Positions 41,483 to 49,750 of a stretch of DNA of 64,000 nucleotides are shown here, in pieces (the stretch's first letter is position 1; the number at the start of each line of letters is the position of its first letter). Location of the stretch: assembly GCA_041677125.1 (NCBI GenBank), contig JBAYQP010000003.1:45421-109420 (forward strand), given 5' to 3'. This DNA is from Desulfuromonadales bacterium (GTDB taxonomy: Bacteria > Desulfobacterota > Desulfuromonadia > Desulfuromonadales > JACZKF01). The notes beneath the pieces were generated by a model. The model made no database searches, was not told where the DNA came from, and saw only the letters and a list, made by a program, of their open reading frames with translations. The position numbers and the translations under genes are program-made.

Positions 41483-42480
41483 GGGATCGCCGCCGCCAGA
41501 TCGAGATAGATGCGCCGCTCGCGCGCGGCAATATCGCGCAGCCGGTTGGCGAGGGCGCCGTAGGTGTCGCTCGGCAACCCACGGGTCTTGCAGATGCGGG
41601 CGCCGATGACGGCGAATTCGCGCCAGGCGTCGCCGGCGCCGGTCATCCGCTCCGACAGGGGCTGCAGGGACGGGCGGCCGAGGACTTCGGTCGCTTCCTG
41701 CAAAAAGGCGGCGTAAATAAAACGAAAGCCGCCGCCGCCGGTGCCGATCTCCTCCTGCATGCGGATCATGTGTCCCAGATGCACCGCCGCTTTCTCCTCC
41801 CCGAGTTTGGCCGGCCATTTTTCCAGATGGCGGGCAAGCAGGTGCATGCCGCGAATGCCGGCGTAGGGCACCGGGGTCTTGAGCATCACCCGGCAGACGT
41901 CGGCGATCGCCTTGCTGATCGCGCCCGGCAGGTCCACCTGCTGCGGCGCCCGGCGGATATGGTACAGGCGGCCTTTCGGCGCCAGCGCGCCCTTGGAGAA
42001 ACGGGCGCGCTCGAGGTCTTCGGCCGGACAGCGGACGAGGCCGGGAAAGACCGGATCGCTGATCAGATAGTCGTCCCCTTCGCGGCCGCAGATCACCAGA
42101 TTGTGGCCGTTGAAATGAAAGCGCAGCGCCGGCGGAAAATAGGGGAGCCAGTAGGCGCCGGTTTGCGCGCCGACCGGCGTGCCGGCGGCCAGCAGGCGGT
42201 CGAGGGCCTGCCGGGCGGCAGCGGGACGGCGGAATTTACTCTGCTCGATGTCGATGCCCAGGCGCTTGGTCGCCTTGCGGAAAATGCAGCCGGGCGCGCC
42301 GCGATAGGTGATCAGCGGCAGGTAGTTCATCTTGATGAAGGGGACATAGCCGAAGAACAGCCCCGAGCCGATACCGAAAGCCATTGCCTCGGACATTCCG
42401 ACCCCCGCGTGGGTCAGCAGATTGGCGGTTACGCCGCTTTCGCAATGGGCGGATTGGTTGTGGGGAAAATCGATTTTCAC
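41479..42480 (-). CDS. BtrH_N-like (papain/C39-like) plus DUF4872-like protein
   Basis: FPHNQSAHCESGVTANLL... N-terminus resembles the butirosin BtrH N-terminal domain family (from memory). GTG at 42480 with an AAGGA RBS is preferred over the ATG at 42585. Confidence 0.6.
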   Translation of the reverse strand: MKIDFPHNQSAHCESGVTANLLTHAGVGMSEAMAFGIGSGLFFGYVPFIKMNYLPLITYRGAPGCIFRKATKRLGIDIEQSKFRRPAAARQALDRLLAAGTPVGAQTGAYWLPYFPPALRFHFNGHNLVICGREGDDYLISDPVFPGLVRCPAEDLERARFSKGALAPKGRLYHIRRAPQQVDLPGAISKAIADVCRVMLKTPVPYAGIRGMHLLARHLEKWPAKLGEEKAAVHLGHMIRMQEEIGTGGGGFRFIYAAFLQEATEVLGRPSLQPLSERMTGAGDAWREFAVIGARICKTRGLPSDTYGALANRLRDIAARERRIYLDLAAAIP

Positions 42481-42568
42481 GCAACATCCTTTATGAGAGC
42501 TTTTGCCACCGAAAAAAGCGGGGGTGCAGAAGAACTTCCGCTGTTTTTCCGCGCCTCGGCGGCGAAGG

Positions 42569-43006
42569 TTAAAGTTTTTGCTCACCCAGATGCGGGGTGG
42601 TCAGCTGCGGGCGATCGGGAAGGGCGCCCAGTTCGGCCACGCTCATCTTCAGCAGCGAGGCGTAGCGTTCCAGGAGCGCCGGCTTCAGACGGGCGAAGAT
42701 CGCCGGGCGCAGGTGTCGGCGCACCCGCCAGCGGGAGAGGCCGGTATAGGCGGCGAGCATTCCCACGTCCATCTGGTGGCGGGCCATATGATAGGCCAGG
42801 GGGCTGCGCCGCCCCGCCCGCACCTCGGCGAAGGCGCGCTCGACCTGTTCGCGGATCAGCCCCCAGGCCTGAAGATTGACGATATTCTTCGGTTCCCAAC
42901 CGGCGGTGGGCGCCAGGACATAGTGGCCGTTTTCGTCAAGGGCGTAGCAGATTTCCTGTTGTCCGTCGAGCAGACAGCTGTCTTGGGGCACTTCGGTTTT
43001 GCGCAT
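42569..43006 (-). CDS. Hypothetical protein with a possible C-terminal HTH
   Basis: 145 aa, GAGG RBS. The segment MDVGMLAAYTGLSRWRVRRHLR looks helix-turn-helix-like. No family recognised. Confidence 0.5.
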   Translation of the reverse strand: MRKTEVPQDSCLLDGQQEICYALDENGHYVLAPTAGWEPKNIVNLQAWGLIREQVERAFAEVRAGRRSPLAYHMARHQMDVGMLAAYTGLSRWRVRRHLRPAIFARLKPALLERYASLLKMSVAELGALPDRPQLTTPHLGEQKL

Positions 43007-43099
43007 AAAGCCTCGAAATCAGTAATACCGTGCTGGACGCAGCGGGAAAAGCAGCGAGCCGAAAAATCTCGGCGTCTCCGGGCCTCGCTGGCCCGGCGG

Positions 43100-43639
43100 T
43101 CAAAAATAGCGCCCGATCTGCAGCAGCAGCGAATTGCTCCCCCGGTTGTCGCGATGCAGATTGGCGTTCGACAGGTGGTGGATGCGAAAGGCGGCATACC
43201 AGTCGCCGCCGATCTCCGTGCCGATCCCCGCCTGTGGATTGAAGTTGATGCGCAGCCCCTGCCCGGCCACCCGATAATCGGTGTAAATCAGGCCGATCCC
43301 CGCTTCGGCGTAGGGGCGCAGAGCTTCGGTGCGCAGCGAATCGAGATAATAAAGAGCGATCATGTTGCCCGAGGCCATGGCCCGGGACCGTGGCGCCGTG
43401 GTCAAGCCCAGAGTCGCCTCCACTTTGAAGCGCAGCGGCGGCGGCGCGCGGTGCGGCCAGACGCGGTCGTAATCGAACAGCGCCACGCCGGAGACCAGAA
43501 GGAAGTCGATATTTTCCGGGTCGTAGGCGTGGCCGAAGGCCGCCGCCCCGCCGAAGCGCGTGGCCACCTTCTCCTCCCCCCGCGCGGCCGCCGGCAAAGC
43601 GGCAAAAAGCAGCAGCAGGAAGAAAAGAAGGCGCTTCAT
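43100..43639 (-). CDS. PagL-like acyloxyacyl hydrolase (outer-membrane lipid deacylase family)
   Basis: Signal peptide MKRLLFFLLLLFAALPAAA. Beta-barrel-like pattern. HHLSNA motif and C-terminal ...LLLQIGRYF. ATGA overlap with the upstream gene. Confidence 0.6.
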   Translation of the reverse strand: MKRLLFFLLLLFAALPAAARGEEKVATRFGGAAAFGHAYDPENIDFLLVSGVALFDYDRVWPHRAPPPLRFKVEATLGLTTAPRSRAMASGNMIALYYLDSLRTEALRPYAEAGIGLIYTDYRVAGQGLRINFNPQAGIGTEIGGDWYAAFRIHHLSNANLHRDNRGSNSLLLQIGRYF

Positions 43640-44703
43640 CGGCGCGCCACCGTCAGCAGGCCGTAGTCGCCGCAGCGTCCCAGCTTCAGGCAGCCCACCG
43701 GTTCGTCGCCGAAGGATTCCCCGCCGAGCAGTTCGAGGCCGCCGGCCGGGGCGGGCGCGGCGGGGTAGAGCCGATTGTCGCCGGCCGCCAACGCCGCCGC
43801 CGCCAGATCGAAGGCCTGGCCCACGGGCAGGCTGCCCCAGGCGGGCGCGTAGGCGGCCACCCGCGCCCCGGTGGGCAGCAGGCGGGGATAGCCGGCCCCG
43901 CATTCCTTTTGCCCATCGGCGCCGAGAAGCAGGCGTTGCGGCAGCGCCGGCGGGGAGCCGGCCAGATTTCCCTGCCCGATGGCGGTGAGGTAGCCGTAGC
44001 GCCCTGACCGGTCGCCCCTTTCCAGAAGCACAAAGGCGGCGCCTTCGCCGGGAAGAGCGCTCTGCCGGTCAAAGGCGAGGGGCTGCAGCGGCCCATCGGC
44101 AACGCCGAAAAAGCGCCGCCAGCAGTAGCCCAATTCGGGGCAGTATTCGTCGACGCCGCCGACCAGCACGGCATCGACCCGCTCTTCGGCGAGCCAGCGG
44201 CGGGCGGTGAGCAGGGCCGAGGGAAAGCTCATTTCAAACTGGCTGACGGTGAGGCTCGGCCCCGTTACCTGCAGCAGGATCGAAATATTGGCGGCGGCGG
44301 CATTGTGCAGCGAGCTGGAGAAGTGGGTCGGCGACGAGCAGACATCGCCCCCCTGGATAAATGACTGAAGAAAGGCGAAGGTGGTCGCCATCGCGCCCCA
44401 GCCGGTGGCGATCACCACCCCGAGACGGCTGCGGTCGGTCTCCAGTCGGTCGGCGTCCCGCAGGGCCAGCGAGGCGCCGAGCAGGGCGAGCCGGGAAAAG
44501 TGATCGACGCGCCGCAGGGCGCGGCGGGGGACGAAGTCCTCCAGCGCGTCGTCTGCGGCGAGCAGAACCGGCAGCGGCCCCCCCGCGCCGGCCGGCGCCG
44601 GTTGCGGCGTCGGCGGAGCGCCGGCGAGAGCTTGCCGCAGCGCGTCGACGCCGCAGCCGAAGCCGCCCACCACTCCGAGTCCCTGTATCGCCAGCCGGCT
44701 CAT
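43636..44703 (-). CDS. Ketosynthase-like protein lacking the active-site Cys (chain-length-factor-like partner)
   Basis: Thiolase-fold KS similarity, but no ACSSG or NAHGTGT motifs. The expected Cys region reads TVSQFEMS. ATGA overlaps on both sides. Confidence 0.7.
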   Translation of the reverse strand: MSRLAIQGLGVVGGFGCGVDALRQALAGAPPTPQPAPAGAGGPLPVLLAADDALEDFVPRRALRRVDHFSRLALLGASLALRDADRLETDRSRLGVVIATGWGAMATTFAFLQSFIQGGDVCSSPTHFSSSLHNAAAANISILLQVTGPSLTVSQFEMSFPSALLTARRWLAEERVDAVLVGGVDEYCPELGYCWRRFFGVADGPLQPLAFDRQSALPGEGAAFVLLERGDRSGRYGYLTAIGQGNLAGSPPALPQRLLLGADGQKECGAGYPRLLPTGARVAAYAPAWGSLPVGQAFDLAAAALAAGDNRLYPAAPAPAGGLELLGGESFGDEPVGCLKLGRCGDYGLLTVARR

Positions 44704-45881
44704 CGGGCGCCTCCTTTGCGGAAAACGACGACCGCATTGTTGCCGCCGAAGGCGAGGGACTGGGAAAGCGCGAACTCCCCCCGCACCGGCGTGTTGGCGG
44801 TCACTGGCGTCGCCGGACACTGCGGATCGGCCTCGCCGAAGCCGGCGTTGGCCGGCACTTCCCCCCGTTCGAGGGCGGCGACGGTGAAGGCGGCCTCGAT
44901 GGCGCCGGAGGCGCCCAGGGTGTGGCCGGTGTACCCCTTGGTCGACAGGAAGGGGACGCCGGGCAAGGTCACCGCCAGGGTGCGGCTCTCGATCCGGTCG
45001 TTGTCGGGGGTGCCGGTGCCATGGGCGTTGACGAAAGCGAGGTCGGCCGCCGCCGCGCCGCATTGGTCGAGGGCCTCGGCCAGCGCCCGCTTCAATCCCG
45101 CCCCTTCGGGGTGCGGCGCCGTCAGATGGTGGGCGTCGCAGGCCGAACCGTAGCCGGCGACGAAGGCGCGGGGCGGTCGGTCCGCCCGCAGGCCATCCGC
45201 CTCCAGCAGCAGGAAGCCGGCGCCCTCGCCGAGATTGAGCCCCTTGCGCCGCCGGTCGAAGGGGCGCACCGGCGCGTCGTCGGTGATCATCAGGGAGATG
45301 AAGCCGTTGTAGGTGATCCGGCAGAGTTCGTCGGCGCCGCCGGCCAGCACCAGATCGCACTCGCCGGCGCGAATCCAGGCGGCGCCGATGCCGACGGCGT
45401 CGGTGCCGGAGGAGCAGGCGTTCACCACCGTCTGGCAGGGACCGGTCAGGCCGAGATCGCGGGCGACGGCCGTCGCCGGATTGCTGCCGAGAAAACGCTC
45501 GATCTGGGCCAACGGCGGTTCTCCGCCCCGCAGGTAGTCGGCGTAAAAATCTTCGTTGTTCATGGCGCTGCCGACCGTGGTGCCGACGATGACTCCGACC
45601 CGTCGGCCGGCGAGGGCCGCCGGCGACCAGCCGGCATCGGCCACCGCCTCGCGGGCGGCGACGATGGCCAGCCGGGCGGTGCGACCGAGACGCTCGCCGC
45701 CGGGCAGCTCGGCCGCTGCGGCGAAGACCGGGTAGCGCACCGGGTGGTCGCTATGAAAGCGCGCCGGCGGCTGCGGCGCGCGTTCGCCGCGATAAAGGGT
45801 GTCGAGGCAGGCCGCAAGGTTTGTCCCGGCGGCGCAGATGCAGCCGAGGCCGGTCACGGCGACCGGACGGGGAGACCTCAT
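44700..45881 (-). CDS. Beta-ketoacyl-ACP synthase (FabF/FabB-like, condensing)
   Basis: Cys-His-His triad context: VVNACSSG, DAHHLTAP, NAHGTGT, GHTLGASG. ATG at 45881 (ATGA overlap with the ACP gene). Confidence 0.9.
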   Translation of the reverse strand: MRSPRPVAVTGLGCICAAGTNLAACLDTLYRGERAPQPPARFHSDHPVRYPVFAAAAELPGGERLGRTARLAIVAAREAVADAGWSPAALAGRRVGVIVGTTVGSAMNNEDFYADYLRGGEPPLAQIERFLGSNPATAVARDLGLTGPCQTVVNACSSGTDAVGIGAAWIRAGECDLVLAGGADELCRITYNGFISLMITDDAPVRPFDRRRKGLNLGEGAGFLLLEADGLRADRPPRAFVAGYGSACDAHHLTAPHPEGAGLKRALAEALDQCGAAAADLAFVNAHGTGTPDNDRIESRTLAVTLPGVPFLSTKGYTGHTLGASGAIEAAFTVAALERGEVPANAGFGEADPQCPATPVTANTPVRGEFALSQSLAFGGNNAVVVFRKGGAR

Positions 45882-46132
45882 GCCGCCCGCCTTTTTTCGA
45901 TGAAGTCGGCCAGGGTGTTCACCGTCTGCAGCGCCGGCCGGCCCTCTTCCATATCCTTGATCTCGACCCCGAAGTGTTTCTGCACCAGCACGATCAGCTC
46001 GACCACGTCGAGAGAATCGAGACCGAGGCCCTCGCCGAACAGCGGCATGTCGTCCTGGATGTCGTCCACGGTGATGTCCTCCAGGTTCAAGCCCTCGATC
46101 AGGATTTTCTTCAAATTCTCTTTGACACTCAT
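45878..46132 (-). CDS. Acyl carrier protein (cluster ACP 2)
   Basis: GLDSLDVVELIVLVQ motif. 84 aa from the ATG at 46132 (ATGA overlap). Confidence 0.85.
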   Translation of the reverse strand: MSVKENLKKILIEGLNLEDITVDDIQDDMPLFGEGLGLDSLDVVELIVLVQKHFGVEIKDMEEGRPALQTVNTLADFIEKRRAA

Positions 46133-47073
46133 TTTCTGCTCCTTGCGTTGGCAGGGGAGGCCGGCGAGGGCTCCCACAGGTCGAAAAAATTAAAGAACTG
46201 ATACGGGTGCTCCCCGCAGTACTGCTCGAGAATTTCGGCGAAGCGCGCGGCGAAGGGGGCAAAATCGGCCGCCTTGCGTCCCAGGCCGGCGGGGACCCGA
46301 AGGACGCTGCACAGGCGCAGGGCGTAGACGTCCGGCCCGGTCTTGGCCGAGAGAAGGATCGCCACCGGGGCGCCGGTGGCCGATGCCAGCTTGTAGGCGC
46401 TGTAAGGGAAACGCACCGGAGCGCCGAGGAAATCGGCTTCGATGCCGTTGCGATCGTTGCCCAGCATCCGATCTCCCATTACCGACAATACCTCGCCCCG
46501 CTTCAGGGCCGCGATCATCTCCAGGGTGCCGCCGAGAAAGCCGCGCGGATCGATGATCCGGTAGGGCGATTCGATGCCGGCGTGCTCGAAATAATGCCGG
46601 TCGATGTCTCCGTCCTCGCGCTGCAGCAGCAGGTTGACCGGCGCCTGGAGAAAGTCGAAGGCGGACATCGCCACCTGCCAGCAGCCGACGTGGGCGGTCA
46701 TCAGGATCAGGCCGCGCCCCTCGGCGACCAGATCGATGAGCTCTTTTCGCCCCTCAAGGCCGACTCGCAGCGCCGCCGGGCCGAGGATGCCGACCGTCGC
46801 CCGGTCGACCAGCACCTGGCCGAGGGCCAGACTCATCCGGAAGCTGTCGACCAGCCGCGGCGGCTGCCGGGGAAAACGCCGGCGCAGATACGGATACGAG
46901 CGGCGGCGCAGCGACGGCCGGAACAGAACATAATACAAAACAACCAAATAGAGAAGGGCGTAAGCCGGCCGCCGGCCGCCGAGCCCGATCAGAAGATAAA
47001 AAATCCGGTGCTGCAGCCGGGAGCCGACGCTGCGGCTGCTCCAGCCGGCGCTCCCCCGTTCAGCGGCCGGCAC
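46129..47073 (-). CDS. LpxL/HtrB-like (lysophospholipid/lipid A type) acyltransferase
   Basis: N-terminal TM, then MTAHVGCWQ (HX4-like acyltransferase motif context). Size and layout match the lauroyl-acyltransferase family. GTG start. Confidence 0.65.
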   Translation of the reverse strand: MPAAERGSAGWSSRSVGSRLQHRIFYLLIGLGGRRPAYALLYLVVLYYVLFRPSLRRRSYPYLRRRFPRQPPRLVDSFRMSLALGQVLVDRATVGILGPAALRVGLEGRKELIDLVAEGRGLILMTAHVGCWQVAMSAFDFLQAPVNLLLQREDGDIDRHYFEHAGIESPYRIIDPRGFLGGTLEMIAALKRGEVLSVMGDRMLGNDRNGIEADFLGAPVRFPYSAYKLASATGAPVAILLSAKTGPDVYALRLCSVLRVPAGLGRKAADFAPFAARFAEILEQYCGEHPYQFFNFFDLWEPSPASPANARSRK

Positions 47074-48214
47074 GGATCGCCTCCCGTACGCCGCGGGCGG
47101 AGCCGTAGACCAGGGCGCCGACCAGCAGCGCCAGCAACGGTGCGAGCAGAAGCGAGCCGAGGAGCCATTCCCACAACCGCTCCAGCCCCTGATGGCCGAG
47201 GGTCTGCAGGTTGAATTCAGTGAGAAACTCGCCCTTGCGCATGAAGTAGCCGGTTTCGATGCAGAGCGCCGGCACCAGGGGCGGCATGCACAGTTGGCTG
47301 GCGCTGACCGCCGCCACCTTGTTCAGGCGCAGAAAGCCGGCGGCGAACAGGATGGCGATGGTGTGCAGCGCCAGCAGCGGCAAGGCGCCGAGAAAAACGC
47401 CGAGCGCCCCGGCGGCGGCCAGTTGGGCCGGCGAGCTGTTTTCGGTCAGCAGCACGCGAATGGAGCGCAGCGGGTGCAGCACGCTCACCTTGGCGCCGCC
47501 GTCGCCATCGGCCACGATCTTGCGATGCGGCCAGGGCAGAATGGAACGCATGGTCAGATGCGTATTGAGCAGCGTCAGGCGCAGATTGTCGCGAAAGGCG
47601 CCAAAGTGCGATACCCGCTCGTCCGCCGGCGGATAATAGACGGAAATCGGCACATCGCGCAGTTCGACGCCGGCCCAGGCGGCCTTGACCAGGACCTCCA
47701 CCTCGAAGGAGTAATGCTGTTGCCCGAGAGGCAGGCGCTCCAGCACCCGCAGCGGATAGGCGCGAAAGCCGCTTTGCGTATCGCCCAGGCTCTTTCCCGT
47801 TTGCAGGCGCAGCCAGAAATTGGAAAACCTGCGGCCGAAGCGGGAAGATCCGGGGACGTTGGCGGTGGCGAAATCCCGGCAACCGACGACGATCGCCTGC
47901 GGATGTTCTTCGATGGCCACCCGGAAGGCCGGGAAGTCGGCGGCATCGTGCTGACCGTCGGCATCGATGGTGACGATATGGCTCATCCCCAGGCGACGCG
48001 CCTCGGCGGCGGCGGTCATGATCGCCGCCCCTTTGCCGCGGTTGCCAGGGTGACGGACGATCCGCACCGGCAGGTCGGCGACGTGATCGGCGCCGCCGTC
48101 GCTGCTGCCGTCGTCGACGACCAGAACATCGGGGTGGACGGCCAGACAGGCTTCGGCCACGGCGCGCACGCTGGCCGCGTGGTTATACAGGGGAATGACG
48201 ATGAGAACGTTCAT
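47060..48214 (-). CDS. Family 2 glycosyltransferase fused to a DUF2062-like membrane domain
   Basis: VIPLYNHA...VVDDGSSDG...TIDADGQHD GT-A motifs, with C-terminal TM helices. Start at MNVLIVIPLYN (48214). Confidence 0.8.
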   Translation of the reverse strand: MNVLIVIPLYNHAASVRAVAEACLAVHPDVLVVDDGSSDGGADHVADLPVRIVRHPGNRGKGAAIMTAAAEARRLGMSHIVTIDADGQHDAADFPAFRVAIEEHPQAIVVGCRDFATANVPGSSRFGRRFSNFWLRLQTGKSLGDTQSGFRAYPLRVLERLPLGQQHYSFEVEVLVKAAWAGVELRDVPISVYYPPADERVSHFGAFRDNLRLTLLNTHLTMRSILPWPHRKIVADGDGGAKVSVLHPLRSIRVLLTENSSPAQLAAAGALGVFLGALPLLALHTIAILFAAGFLRLNKVAAVSASQLCMPPLVPALCIETGYFMRKGEFLTEFNLQTLGHQGLERLWEWLLGSLLLAPLLALLVGALVYGSARGVREAIRAGR

Positions 48215-48304
48215 AAATGCCTGAAAATTCCATTTTTCGCCACGAATACAGACAAATGAACACAAACAGTCATAAATTCGTCGGTATTCGTGCTAATAAC
48301 GGCC

Positions 48305-49750
48305 CTAGCTTTCCATCCGTTCGCTGCTACGGGTGAAGCGCAGGAAAGAGCCGAAATTGCCGGCAAAGCGCCGCCAGCTGTCGGGGGAGCGCCAGAGCAT
48401 CGCCGCATAGCCGAGGAGCACCTTCGGTCGGCTGTAGTGCCGCTGGTAAAAGGTGTTGAACAGCAGGTCCAGGCGCTCCCGGGTCATCCCCTGCGGCACG
48501 AAGAGGAAATGCATGCAGTCCATGCGCGGCCAGTCCTCGTCGAAGCTCCCCAAATCCCTGATCTTCTCATAAAGGGGCGAGCCGGGAAAAGGGGTAAATT
48601 TCGCCAGATTGAAATCGTCGATGGGCAGCGAAAACACATATTCCATGCTGCGGCGGATGCTCTCCTCGCTCTCTCCCGGCAACCCCATCATCAGCAATCC
48701 CTTGACCCGGATGCCGGCCTGTTTGATCAGGCGGATCTTCGTTGCCAGCATGTCCAGGTCGGCGTTCTGCCGGTGCTGCGCCAGCAGCTGCGGATCGCCG
48801 GTCTCGATGCCGAGGCTTGCCATCCAGCAGCCCGCCGCCTTCATCAGCCGCAGCAGCTCGCCATCGACATGCTCGGCGCGCACCGCGCAGTTGAAGGTCA
48901 CGCCGAGGGGGCGGTCGATCATCCGGCGGCAGAACTCCTCCACCCGATCGCGATGAAAGGTGAACTGGTCGTCGTAGAAGTTGACGTGGCGGATGCCGAA
49001 GCGCTCGCGCAGGTAGCGCAGATGTTCGTACAGGTACTCCGCCGAGTTGAAACGGAACGTGCGGCCGAACACCGAGCGGTCGCAATAGCTGCAGGCGTAG
49101 GGGCAGCCGCGGCTGGAGATGCAGCTGGTGTTGGGCGCCTTCGGGTAGTTGAAGATCGGCAGCTTGTAGACGTGCGGAAAACCGGCGAGTTTTTCGTAGG
49201 CGGGAAAAGGCAGGCGGTCCAGATCGATGCCCCGGCCGCGATAGCCGCTGAAGCGCACCTCCGCGCCGTCGCGCCAGACGATGCCCGGCACCTTTTCCGG
49301 CTCCTCCCAGCCGCCCTGCATCAGTTCGGTGAGGCTCTGCTCCCCCTCGCCGGCGATGACGAAGTCGACCGCCGGATACCCCTGCAGCACGTGTTCTTTC
49401 AGGGCCGAGGCGTGCGGGCCGCCGAAAACGGCGCGGATGCCGGGCAGCAGGCTTTTGGCCAGCTCCGCCAGACGCACCCCGTCGAGAAAGCTGGAGGTGG
49501 TGCAGGAGATGCCGAGCCAGGCCGGTCGCTCGGCGAGCAGGCGCTCGCGCAGGCTGGCTTCGGCATCCGGGTGGGCGAAGCAGTCGAGGATATCCGCCTG
49601 CAGCCCTTCTTTCTCCAGCCACGCCGCGATGCTCGCCAGCCCGAGGGGGGGCATCAGATTGGCCAGGCGGGAAATGTCCCGGCCGGCCGCCTCGGCCGGG
49701 TAGCCGAGGGGATGCAGCAGCAGAATCTTGCCTGGGTCGAGAGCGCTCAT
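48305..49750 (-). CDS. B12-binding domain radical SAM protein 1 (COG1032-type)
   Basis: N-terminal Rossmann-like B12-binding region (ILLLHP...PPLGLASIAAWLEKEG). SRGCPYACSYC CX3CX2C motif. ATG at 49750 (ATGA overlap). The 977-aa track ORF is an artefactual extension. Confidence 0.85.
   Translation of the reverse strand: MSALDPGKILLLHPLGYPAEAAGRDISRLANLMPPLGLASIAAWLEKEGLQADILDCFAHPDAEASLRERLLAERPAWLGISCTTSSFLDGVRLAELAKSLLPGIRAVFGGPHASALKEHVLQGYPAVDFVIAGEGEQSLTELMQGGWEEPEKVPGIVWRDGAEVRFSGYRGRGIDLDRLPFPAYEKLAGFPHVYKLPIFNYPKAPNTSCISSRGCPYACSYCDRSVFGRTFRFNSAEYLYEHLRYLRERFGIRHVNFYDDQFTFHRDRVEEFCRRMIDRPLGVTFNCAVRAEHVDGELLRLMKAAGCWMASLGIETGDPQLLAQHRQNADLDMLATKIRLIKQAGIRVKGLLMMGLPGESEESIRRSMEYVFSLPIDDFNLAKFTPFPGSPLYEKIRDLGSFDEDWPRMDCMHFLFVPQGMTRERLDLLFNTFYQRHYSRPKVLLGYAAMLWRSPDSWRRFAGNFGSFLRFTRSSERMES

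Noticed and set aside
43636-46262. Long N-terminal extensions of the track ORFs 43636-45360 and 44700-46262 (also 55141-56856, 54759-55451, 43100-43903, 40652-41818)
   Set aside because: The extensions overlap the upstream genes out of frame and are Arg/Pro-rich. Internal ATGs that form ATGA overlaps with upstream stops give proteins of canonical length.
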